A DNA stretch of 64,000 bases, from positions 6,758,001-6,822,000 of the forward strand of contig NC_043026.1 of the NCBI RefSeq assembly GCF_006345805.1, in the 5' to 3' direction. The notes beneath the pieces are model-generated. The model ran no database searches. It was not told the origin of the DNA and saw only the letters and a list, made by a program, of their open reading frames with translations. The stretch comes from Octopus sinensis (Eukaryota). This document shows positions 38,401 to 50,800 of this stretch, piece by piece. Position 1 is the stretch's first letter. Every line of letters starts with the position of its first letter. A program made the position numbers and the translations under genes.

Positions 38401-41400
38401 AGGTCTTGAATTTATTCTTCATCTCTTTATGAACTCCTGTAATGACACACAGCCCCACCAAAATTAAATAACAATAAAAACAAAAAAGGGGTCAAGAAGG
38501 GAGTTGGCTGTTGTCGACTGACCTGTGCTTCTGGTTGGTCAGATCCAAGGGAGGCGGCCCCTAATTTCACAACGTCTGATAACTGTGTTATGGTTTTGAC
38601 GGCCATCTGGGCTGCATTAGCTAACTGTTCTTGGTTGGAGGCAGCACCAGCGACCAAGAGTTTGGTGTCGTCAACCAGGGCCTTTGCTGTCTTTAAGATG
38701 TTCTCTCTGGATTGGATGGGAAATAAGAAAGTGAGTAACTTGCAGAGAGAGAGAGAGAGAGAGAGAGGGGGACAAATAGTGGGTGTGAGACACTGATAGA
38801 CAGATATACATAAGTGGGAAGATGGATGGATGGATGGATGCTTAGATGGGTGGACAAATGGACAGACAGATAGTTGGATATACAAATGGATAGAGGGATG
38901 GATGGACAGATGGAAGGATGGATGGGAGGGTGGATAGATAGGTAGGTGGTGGGTGAACGGATGGACACACAGACAGATGGGCAGATACATAGACAGATAG
39001 AGGGAGACAGGCAGATAGATAGAGGCATAAACTGAGAAACAGAGAGAGACAGACAAATGAACAGAGAAAGAGAGAGAGAGAGAGTGACAAAGCAGAAGGC
39101 ACACACAAATAATAATAATAATAATAATGGTTTCAAATTTTGCCACAAGGGCAGCAATTTGCGGGGATGGGATTAAGTCAATTACATTGACCCCAGTGCA
39201 TAACTGGTACTTATTTTACCAACCCTGAAAGGATGAAAGGCAAAGTCGACCTTGGCAATGCTAATAACAACAACAATAATAATAATAATATTTCGTTTTT
39301 AGATTTGGTTAGCAAGATTCTTTATATGAGTTCGTATGTTGAAGCATATTCTGTTGTGTCTGGGGAGAGTCATTCTCTTTTTGTGCCTTATAATCTAACA
39401 CTCTCACCGGTAAAATTTCCACTTATTTCTTATTTTTATTTTCCTAAAATTTTCGTTGCATCTCGACTCAAGAGTCAAGACTATAGAAAAGGTTGCAGGT
39501 CACAACGAAAATTTTAGGAAAATAAAAATAAGAAATAAGTGGAAATTTTACTGGTGATTGTGTTAAATTATAAGGCACCAAAAGAAAATGACTCTCCCCA
39601 GACACAACAGAATAACAATAATAATTATAATAATAATAGTAATAATAATGATAGTGATAAAGGTGACTACTTACTTGTGATCTGTGAAGTTCTCTTCGTC
39701 CTCTGTATTCAGGGTCCCAGCTGTCGCAAACATTATTGTGGTGTTGAGGTCTCCATTATGCCACTTACAGTGCTGGCAGCATTGATACAAGCCTGGGTAC
39801 CTCGAGACCCAGATTGTAGAGATGCCAGAACATAAGAAGCCTGGTAAGGGGAGAAAAAAGGGAGAGAGAGACGTTTAGTGCAAGGGTTACAACCGATGTA
39901 GGGTGTTTAGTGTAAGGGTGTATATGTTGGATGTGTAGTGTGGTTTAGTGACAGGTGGTGTGCATGGAGTAAGGCAGCCATGTGATGATGTGTTGGAAAT
40001 CCACATGACACAGTGCACAGCAGTCACATGTGGTGTTGTGAATGGCAGTCACATGTGGTACGATGTAGGCACACATGATGCTGTGTAGGGCAGTCACATG
40101 TGGCATGGTAGATGGCAACCACATGTGATGCTGCCAAATGTAGTGCTGTGTAGGACAGCTACATGAGGTGTAGTGCAGTCACGTGGTGCTGTGTAGGACA
40201 GCTGTGATGCAGCACAGGACTGTCACATGTAGCTTGGCGAAGGGCAACCACATGTGGCTTGGTGTAGGGTAGCCGCATGTGGTGCAATGTAAAACAGATG
40301 CATGTAATGCATCCACACATGTGGCACAAGAGAGTAACAGGTGGTGTAGGACAGTCACATGTGGTGGTGTGGTGTGATGTCACACAATGTTTACACCTTG
40401 CACAGACCCACATAAGCATTCAGCAAGTCACAGACGAACACAGGTAGACACCCACATCCAACCCCACAGACACCTGCCTCTCGACCCCCACACTCTGCCA
40501 CATCATGCTCACACCAAGACCGCGCCACAGGTCCACCTGCTTTGCCCAGCCCAACATACATACAATCAACACACAAGTTCAAATCTCGGCTCACCTTTTC
40601 AGTAACCTCTTTCACGTGTGCATTCAGGTCCCGCTTACAGAACTCGTCCGAGGGGTTCGACTGCATGCTTCCTGCATCTTGCGCCAGGGATATACAGCTC
40701 TTGCCCAGTTCAATGACTGATGTCTTGATACGGTTTGTCACCTGAAATTTAAAAGATTGACATGAAGACAATGGACAGACAGACAGACAGACGGATATTG
40801 GGTCAATGGGGACTAAACATATTAAACAATGAAATGAATGCAGGGCAGAGGGGTCACATCAATGGCAGGGTTTGTTTTCATCAAACCCTGAGACTTAGAA
40901 AGTCACTTTCCCAGTTTCCAAAACATGACTAACATCACAACATTGCTCCAGAATGGGCGTTCAGGTTGTTGCAGTACTTGAGACTTGAAGTTTTGTGGGG
41001 GGAGGCTGTGTTGAGATGCTCTGTGTCTCTTTCAATTAATTTTAAATATAACAAAGAATTTAGTAAAATAACTTCGTTATAATTAAGCTAGTGTTAGGAA
41101 CATAAACTGTGACTAAGGTTTGGTGGAAGATTTTAATTCAGAACTTATGAAAACAAGACATTTGTACCACAGGGCCAGAGGTGGCTTAAGCCGGGTTGGT
41201 ATCGAAAGGGTTAATCATCAGATGAAGCTGAAACAAGGGTGGATGAGGGACCGGGGTGAGTTAGCTTACCTCAGGGCTGTTAGCAGTCATGCATGCACCG
41301 CGAGAATTGCTTGCTAGCTGACGATAATCTCTGGTCAATTTGTTGGCCAAAGCCCCAAGTTCTGATATGTTTGTTTCATTCTTTCCAAGCTGCAAAGAAA

Positions 41401-44259
41401 CCAAAAGAAAAAAAACAAATTAAAATCAAGAAATATCATCATCATCATCTTCATCATCGTTTAACGTCCGTTTTCTGTGCTAGCATGCGTTGGACGGTTT
41501 GACCAGGGTCTGGGAAGCCAGGGGCTGCACCAGGCCCAGTCTGATCTGGCAGTGTTTCTACAGCTGGATGCCCTTCCTAACGCCAACCACTCTGTGAGTG
41601 TAGTGGGTACTTTTTATGTGCCACCTGCACAGGTGCCAGGGGAGTCTGGCATCGGCCACGATCGGTTGATGCTTTTAACGTGCCACCGGCACGGAAGCCA
41701 GCCAGGGCGGCGCTGGCATCGGCCACGTTCAGATGGTGTTTTTTATGTGCCACCGGTACAGAAGCCAGTTGAGGCGGCGTTGGCATCGGCCACATGTAAA
41801 CCATTATCATTTTCTCCACCACCACATCATCACCATCATTGTCATCATCATCTCCATTGTACTCATAAAAACCATCATCATTTTCCTCATCACCATCACT
41901 ATCATCAGTACCATTGTCTCCTCCACTGCCATTATCTCTTCCACAACCACCGTCACGGTCATCTTCAGCATCATCACAATCATCTCCATCCCTCATAGTC
42001 AGTTGTTTTTTTTATATCCTAGATGGGCACAAGAAGGAGGCCGTGGGGCTGGCAGAACTGTTAGCAGAGCGGACAAAAGGCTTGGCAGCATTTGGTCTGT
42101 CTTTACGTACTGAGTTCAAATTCTGCTGAAGTCGATTTTGCTTTTTATCTTTTTGGGAGACAAATCAAATGAAATGGTAGAATAAAAAGAGAGAGAGAGA
42201 AGGGGAGGAGAGGGAGAGAGAGAGGGGGAGGAGAGGGAGAGATAGAGGGAGGAGAGAGAGGTTTTAGATGGGAGGAAGAGATACTTCAGATGGAGAGAGA
42301 GAGAGAGGGAGGGAGGCTTTAGATGGAGAGAAAGAGAGGGATCAGCGTGAGAGGCTTTACATGGGAGGAAGAGAGACTTCAGATGGAGAGGGAGGCTTTA
42401 GATGGAGAGAGAGAGAGAGAGAGAGAGAGTCTTTAGCTGGAGAGAGGAAGGGGGAGACTTTAGGTGGAGAGAGACCTTAGAGAGCAACACATCAAAGTGC
42501 AAGTCCTAAAAAACCACGGACAAGAGAAGAGAGGAGGAGAGCGTAGTCGGAACCTTACCATGTCTTGAGCTGAGCTGGCAATCTGTCGAGCGAGACGCAC
42601 CATACTGGTTTGGTAATCTACATAGGACTTGCCATCAGTCACATCTAGGTTGAGATCAGTCTGTGGAGAAGAACACAAGACAGAGTTATGAAGAGAAGAG
42701 CAGCAGTAATAATATAGTAATAATAATAATAATAATAACAATAGTAATAATAATAATAATAGTAAATAATAGTAGTAATAATAATAAATAATAATAGTAA
42801 TAATAATAATAATCCTTGTAGAAGTTGTCTGACTCCTCGGTCAATTGTGACCAACCTGCCTTTTTAGCAAAAATATTTTGTCTTAATTATTTGAATTATT
42901 GGACCGTGGCCATGCTGTGGCGTCATCACGAAGTATTCTTAGTTGAACGAATTGACCCTTGTACTTTTTTTGAAGCTTGGTACGTACTCTATTTGACTCT
43001 TTTGCTGAACCGCAAAGTTATAGGGATGTAAACAAACCAGCACCAGTTGGGAAAAGATGGTGGAGGACAAAACCCAAAGACTTACACATACTTATTTCTA
43101 TGATGGGCTTCTTTCAGTTTCCAACTAACAAATCCACTCACAAGGTTTTGGTCAGCCTGAGGCTATAGTAGAAGATATACATAGCTAATGTGTGTGTGTA
43201 TGTGAGAGAGACATGATCATCGTTTAGCAACCATCTTCCAAGCTGGCATGCATTGGTTGGTTTCAAAGGAGCTGGCAACCCAGATGACTGCATCAGGCCC
43301 CAATATCCATTTTGGAAAGGTTTCTATAGCCTGATGCCCTTCCTAGTGCCAACAATTTTACAAACTGAACTGCATGCTTTCTATGTGGCACCAGCGAGGT
43401 CTGCTTTGGCATGGTTCTTACAGTTGGATGGCCTTCCAAATGGCAACCACTTTACAGAGTGTACTAAGTGCTTTTTATGTGGCACCAGTACCAGTGAGGT
43501 CACCAAGGATCTTGCAAGATAAAGACCCTTAGATAGATAGATAGATAGATAGAAAGAGAGAGAGAGAGTGTGTGTGTGTGTGTGTGTGTGTGCATATGGA
43601 TGTGTGTGAGAGTGAGCGAGTGTATTGAAGATTCATACAGTCAATATTCAAGATTTCTTCCCTGAAAGATGACACATGACAAAAAAATTTAAAAAGTCAC
43701 CAGTCTTGAACAAAGAAATATACTCTTATGGGAGTATTGAGTACATTTCTCCACTATTTGTTTACCCCAACATACATACATATATTCATGTGTAAATATA
43801 TATATATATGTATGTATGTAGACAGAGAGAAAGATAGATAGAGCAAAAAATAAAGAGACGGAGGAAGTGAGGAAAAAATAGTGCAAGAGATAGTTGGAGA
43901 GCATGCAAATCAGAGAAGTAGGTAAATCAATAAATCTATACTAAGAGAGGACAGACAGACAGCTAGATGGAGAGGTAGATAGACCACTAGATATACAGGT
44001 AGAGAAATCGGTAGATAGATAGATACATAGGCAAGGTGATGGATAGAGAGAGATAGGTAAGGAGGGAGACAGAGGGAAAGAAACAAATATGTAAAGGAAC
44101 AGAAGTCGACAGAAGAAAATATATATTTCTGTGTTCCTTTCTGCTGAAGAGCATAGGCTCGAAATGTAAAAGACTTTCTCACTTCCTGAGCGTTAAACTA
44201 ATACATCGAACCCATAATCTAGTGATCGTCAGTGCATCACACTAAGCATATATATATAC

Positions 44260-44290
<31 letters not shown>

Positions 44291-44635
44291 TAGAGAGAGA
44301 TAGATAAATATTTAGATAGAAACATGGAGAGAGATAGAAAGAGTGTGTGTGTGGGTTTGTGTGCATATGTGCAAAGAGGCACTAAGGCACATAAGAAAGA
44401 CTAGGAGAGAGAAAGAGAGAGATGCTAATACAGTCATCTAAATATATATACATACATCATACATATATATATATATGTATGTATATATATATATGTATGT
44501 ATGTATGTATTCGCATTTATACATACACATGTCTATATTTATGAAATATGCAATAGGAGAAAAAAACAAGAGAGAGAACAACCCAACTACTGAAAGATCC
44601 AAATACAAAACAAATCTCCCAAGTGGAAAATCACA

Positions 44636-44686
<51 letters not shown>

Positions 44687-44721
44687 ACGTGTACACACAT
44701 CTTTGTATGCATGCATATGTG

Positions 44722-44768
<47 letters not shown>

Positions 44769-44801
44769 ATGTGTGCATGCATATGTGTAGAAGTGTGTGT
44801 T

Positions 44802-44834
<33 letters not shown>

Positions 44835-47800
44835 GGTTTTCGATTCCCAGACCGGGCGTTGTGAGTGTTTATTGAGCGAAAACACCTAAAAGCTCCACGG
44901 GGCTCCGGCAGGGGATGGTGGTGATCCCTGCTGTACTCTTTCACCACAACTTTCTCTCACTCTTACTTCCTGTTTCTGTTGTACCTGTATTTCAAAGGGC
45001 CGGCCTTGTCACTCTCTGTGTCACGCTGAATATCCCCGAGAACTACGTTAAGGGTACACGTGTCTGTGGAGTGCTCAGCCACTTACACGTTAATTTCACG
45101 AGCAGGCTGTTCCGTTGATCAGATCAACCGGAACCCTCGTCGTCATAACCGACGGAGTGTCCATCCATATATATATATGAAGACGTGTGCATGCATATGT
45201 GTAGAAGTGTGTGTTTGTGTATATATATATATATATATGGTGTGTGCATGTCTGTGTGTGTGTGTGTTTCTGTGTACCACTAAGTGCTGGTGCAAGTGAG
45301 TGCAGTGAGAGTGCATACCTCCGCCATAGATTTAGTTATGCTGTCTATCATATTGCTTACAACACCGGCCTGCGATGCAGCTTCTTCAATCATCTGAAGT
45401 AAATCTTGCAGGACATCTTTCAGACCGGTTCCTGTCTCATCAATCTGGGCATGGGCTTTCTCCGCCTGAACACCATTAAAAACAAGAGAAAAACAATCAA
45501 TTAAAACGAGCAAATGACATTCTTTTATTCATTTATGCATTCATCTTTTAGTCAAGAAGGAAGATATTCTTACTACTGTATCTGCCTGTCAGTCTCCCTT
45601 GGGCAGTGCAGCTTAAAACCTCACTTTTCTCATTTTCTTCTGAAGAACACTTAGAGTGGAAACCGGTTCGGATGTAAAATAAATAGATTTAACCCTTTAG
45701 TGTTTAAACTGGCCAAATCCGGCCCAATATATTCTACATGTTTTATATTCAAATTGGCGATGTCTAGCCTCTCACACCTAACCTACAATGCCATTCTAAA
45801 AATAAGTAATCACATCATTGAAACCTCAAAGCTGTAAGATGATCCAGGATTAATTCAAAACAATTTGAGTGAAAAAGTATTACATTTAACAGAGTAATCT
45901 GAACACTAAAGGATTAACATATCTAAATGAAATAAATCTGCATTTTTCTTAATCATTCTAAAAAGGTTTAATGATAATTGTTTTAACACATCATCACCAC
46001 CAAGATCCCTTAACTGATGCAGCCAATCATTGAGGTGCCACTCTATATGCTTTCATAGTCAGCTGTTGCCAGTGGTCCCTATTTTTCGTCATGTGTAGCA
46101 GGTTTGTTGTGCTGTGACCTACCTGGGCCCTTCATGTTGTTAAAACCAGGATTTTCTCAGTCTACTGCTCTTTCACCCCCCAACGAATGGTTTTGGACAG
46201 GGAGCTGTGGCGGGATACAAGACTGCACCAGGCTAGCTGCCACCTTTTTACCAGCACAAGGAGTGGTTCGTGTCTGCCAGAATATTTATCAACTTCCTGC
46301 CAGAGAAAGATGTTCATTTTGTGCTCCATGTAACAGGATGGGCTGCGACCTTCTGAAGCACTTGGGCTCAAATGCTTAAATTCTTCCCTCCATGTCAGCT
46401 GCAAGAGTCCAGCTCTCAGAAGCCTTGAAGTCACCAGAGTCTTGAACCCTCCGAGTCTTGGAAGACAAATGGAATTGGTTTTCCATCTGTTGCTCAGCTT
46501 TATCATGGAAACAGAGCCTAAAACTGAATCGTATCTCTTTTTGAGATTTGGTGGATTATATGCTACGATGTAATCTCTCTCTTTACTCTTTTACTTGCTT
46601 CAGTCATTTGACTGCGGCCATGCTGGAGCACCGCCTTTAGTCGAGCAAATCAACCCCGGGACTTATTCTTTGTAAGCCCAGTACTTATTCTATCGGTATC
46701 TTATGCCGAACCGCTAAGTGATGGGGACGTAAACACACCAGCATCGGTTGTCAAGCAATGCTAGGGGACAAACACAGACACATACATATATATATATGCA
46801 TATATACGACAGGCTTCTTTCAGTTTCCGTCTACCACTCACAAGGCATTGGTCGGCCCGAGGCTATAGCAGAAGACACTTGCCCAAGATGCCACGCAGTG
46901 GGACTGAACCCGGAACCATGTGGTCAGTAAACAAGCTACTTACCACACAGCCACTCCTGCGCCTATCTATGAATACATTATTAAAATTCTACTGAAACAT
47001 ATGTTGGAAGTTCTAAACGCCATTTGTGTTCTCTTTTTATCTATACACCATACCAATGATCAACTCCAGACTAGGACCTATGGCTAAAATTGGATTTGGT
47101 ACATACATATCTACAGAATCCTAGCAACACTTCATTGTTGATTACCTCAACGTGAAGCCTTATGTTATTGAACCTAGCCATTTCTGTTGATGTGCCTTGA
47201 TTCTATTAAATCTTAATTCATTTAGAAAACAAAGAGATGACACCGCAAAAACCAAATGTCATGTAACGAACTTCATTAGCTTACAGCTGACTTTCCCAAA
47301 TCAAGTGCACTTTATCTTCAAGGCTCTGATGAAACTACAGGATGTTACCCTGGTACTCAGCAGAAACAGCTGTGAGCCAATGAAGTTTATTACACATAAC
47401 CTTGGTTTTTTTTCCCTTCCGGAATCATCTCTTTGTTTTCAATCACCACACTAAACTCATCCAACCCATACGTGTATTGAGTCCTACACCAGGTTATTAT
47501 TCTTGTTATACCTAAGCAAAACGTATAGACACATTTTGAGGAAGCGGAATAAATAAAGATTAATAGAAGGATAAGCAGATGAGAAAATACATATAGAGAC
47601 AGACAGACAGACATAGATATGTGAACAGATAGAAACAAAGCCAAGGTGCTCAGTGCATAGTTACCTTTGGGTTACCTCCCCCTTCCTTGCAGGCATATAT
47701 AAACTGCAGAGCAGATTCCAGTACAGTTTTAGTAAAATCCAGTGTTGATAACAGTTGTTTCGAGTTCATCATTTTGGATGCGGCGCCAATGGCACCTTCT

Positions 47801-50800
47801 GCCAGGGGCCCGAGGTAATTGGTCAAGAATGAGATCTGGAAATAGAGACACACATAATTATTAATAATAACAATAATAATCCTTTCTACTAAGAGCACAA
47901 GGCCTGAAATTTTGTGGGGGAAGGGATTAGTCGATTAGATGGACCTCAGTGTTTCACTGGTACTTAATTTATCGACCCTGAAAGGAGGAAAGGTAAAGTT
48001 GACCTCAATAGAATTTGAACTCAGAACATAGCGATAGGCAAAATACAACTAAGCATTTTGTCCAGTGTGCTAACAATTCTGCCAGCTTGCCACCTTAATA
48101 ATAATAATAATAATAATAGCAACAATAATAACAAGAGCACTCAGAGAGTGCAAACCTCCGCCAAGGCAACACCAATGTCCTCTCAACGGTTAGCTAGAGA
48201 TGATGTTTTAAAATGAGAATATCTGAAATAAACTCGACTGCTCTCACAAACGAGAATACTAAACATGAACCCGACTGCTCTCAAAAATTAAGTAAAAAAA
48301 AACAGGGAAAATAATCCAGAATCCTTGTCTGGTACTGGATCGGTCCCAAAATCTAATCAGTTCGTGCCAGTCATGAGGCCAAACATTCCTGGGAGTTTCA
48401 TCTGAATCCATCCAGCGGTTCTTGAGATATCTTGTCTACAGACAAACACAGCTGGAAACAATACCTCTGCCTTCGCTAAGGCAGAGGTAATAATCCTTTT
48501 TACTGAAGGCACAAGGTCTTCAAACTTTAGGGGAAGGGACTAGTGTTTTACAGGTACTTAATTTATCGATCCCGAAAGGATAAAAGGTAAAGTCAACCTT
48601 GGTGGAATTTGAACTTAGAACGTAATGACAGACAAGAGACCACTAAGCATTTCGCCCAGCATGCTAACGATTCTGCCAGCTCACCACCTTAACGATAATA
48701 ACAACAACAACAGTTGAGGAGGAGATAGAGTGCTGAAAGGGAAGATATTAACCTTATAGTGTATACAACAGTAATAAATATATATATATACATACACACA
48801 TGATGGGCTTCTTTCAGTTTCCATCTGTCAAATCCACTAAGAAGGCTTTGGTTGGCTCAAGGCTATAATAAAACACACTTACCCAAGATGCCATGCAGTG
48901 AGACTGAACCTGGAACCTTGGGGTTGGGAAGCTAACTTCTTACCACACAGCCACGCCTGCACCTATCATCACCAAACAAGAACGACAAGAAGAAGAAGAA
49001 GAATGAAGAAGAAGAAGAAGACAGTTGTTGACTCACCATGTGACCGAGATTCTGTGCTTCAGATTTCGCTACATTGCAAATATTGTCCACTTTCTCGATG
49101 ATGGGACAGAGGCAGTGCAGCATCTGCTCCTGATAACCTTGCAGCGTCTTCTCGTTGTGATCGACCATTTTCTGGCTCGTGGCCAACATGTACGCCTGGT
49201 CCAATTCCCGGATGATACGTTCCAGTTGCTTGATCGCCTCATCGCATTCTTTCTGTCCAGGGGCGCTGTCCCTGTGGGAACACAATTAAGAAAAGGGTTC
49301 CTCGTTAACTCTGACTGAAAACTGGGTCAGGGGGGTGGTATAAATGAGGGCAATTAGTACAGATTTGTGGGCTTTTGTGTGATTGTGTAAGGACTGAGGC
49401 ACTCACCACCGCCACCAAATCATTTGCACAGGTTTCCAGCAAGGATTTTCCGAACCCTCCCCTGTCATTTAGTGGAGGCACATGACCCAGTGGTTAGGGG
49501 TGTTGGATTCATGACAATGAGATTATGGTTTCGATTCCTGGACCGGGTAAAAAGTTGTGTCCTTGAGCAAAACACTTTATTTCATGTTGTTCCAGTTCAT
49601 TCAGCCGATGAAAAGGAGTAATCGCCACAATGGACTAGCATCCCATCCAGGGAGAAATACGTATGCCAGAGAAACCAGAAACCTGGCCCTACGCTCCATA
49701 CAGAGTAATGTGGACTAACCCATTGTCTGTCATTTATGGCAAGAGTGTCCGCTATATAATCACCCCCTGTCCTATCAAACCAGTCCTACAACACCACACA
49801 AAGAAGGGACCACAAGTGAAGAGGGGTACCAAAGACGAAACAATACAAATACTGGAAAAAGATGGGTTTAGTGAAAGCTTCACTTACTTTATAGAAGATA
49901 CCAACTTCTTCATGGCATCAGAGACACTCTTGGAATGGTTAGAATACAACTGGTAGGTTGAAGGATCTTTGGGGTTGACAGCCAGTTGCTTAGCAGCTTG
50001 GAGCATATGGCAGGCACCGTCTATCATTGACATGCCGGCCAAAGTGATTGGTTCTTGAGCTTTTTGAGCCTGTTTAAACAGAACAAACATTATTATTATT
50101 ATTATTACAAATCTAGTTTATGCGAAGAAAGCATCATTAAATTAAAAAGCCCTTCAAGATTTTGCACAGCCCCACCCACTATCACTACTGTTTTCTACCC
50201 AGCTATTATCAGCCACCCTTATGTTATTCAGTGCAACCTTTTGCATGGTCGGGTTGTCAGCAATAGAAATGCAGCAGAACTAAAAGCAAGACCTGTCAAA
50301 AGGACGCATGAACCTAATGTGGGTTCATTGACTATTTAAGCAATAGCATAGGCCCTCAGAAAATCTGCGGTGGTGTCCAGTGGGCTTGAAGACCATTGAG
50401 AGTGAAACAGCCCTTAGCTTTTTGTTAAAGCATGTCTCTAGAACCCACTTGAAACCCAGGTTATATCTGCTCCGACAAACAGCAGGGACTTGGCCAGCAG
50501 GTCCTCTCTGATGGTCAACAATTGACAGCAAGTGACTACGTAGAAGCTCCCTCAAATGGTTCATCAGGTCCCTATTTTAACCCTTTAGCATTCAGATTAT
50601 TCTCTCAAATGTAATGCTTATTTTTTCACAATGTTTCCAGTTAATCCTGGAAAATAATCACACAATGGTGTGATTATTATTTTTTCGAATGACATTGCAG
50701 AGTAGGTGTGAAAGGCTGGATCTGGCCAGTTTGAACAGAAAACAGAGAGAATACTTGGGCCCCAGATATGACTGGTTTAAATACCAAAGGGTTGAAGTAA

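Noticed and set aside
41477-41998. His/Asp-rich ORFs (139-173 aa)
   Set aside because: Composed of a family C SINE plus a (CAT/CAC)n degenerate microsatellite.
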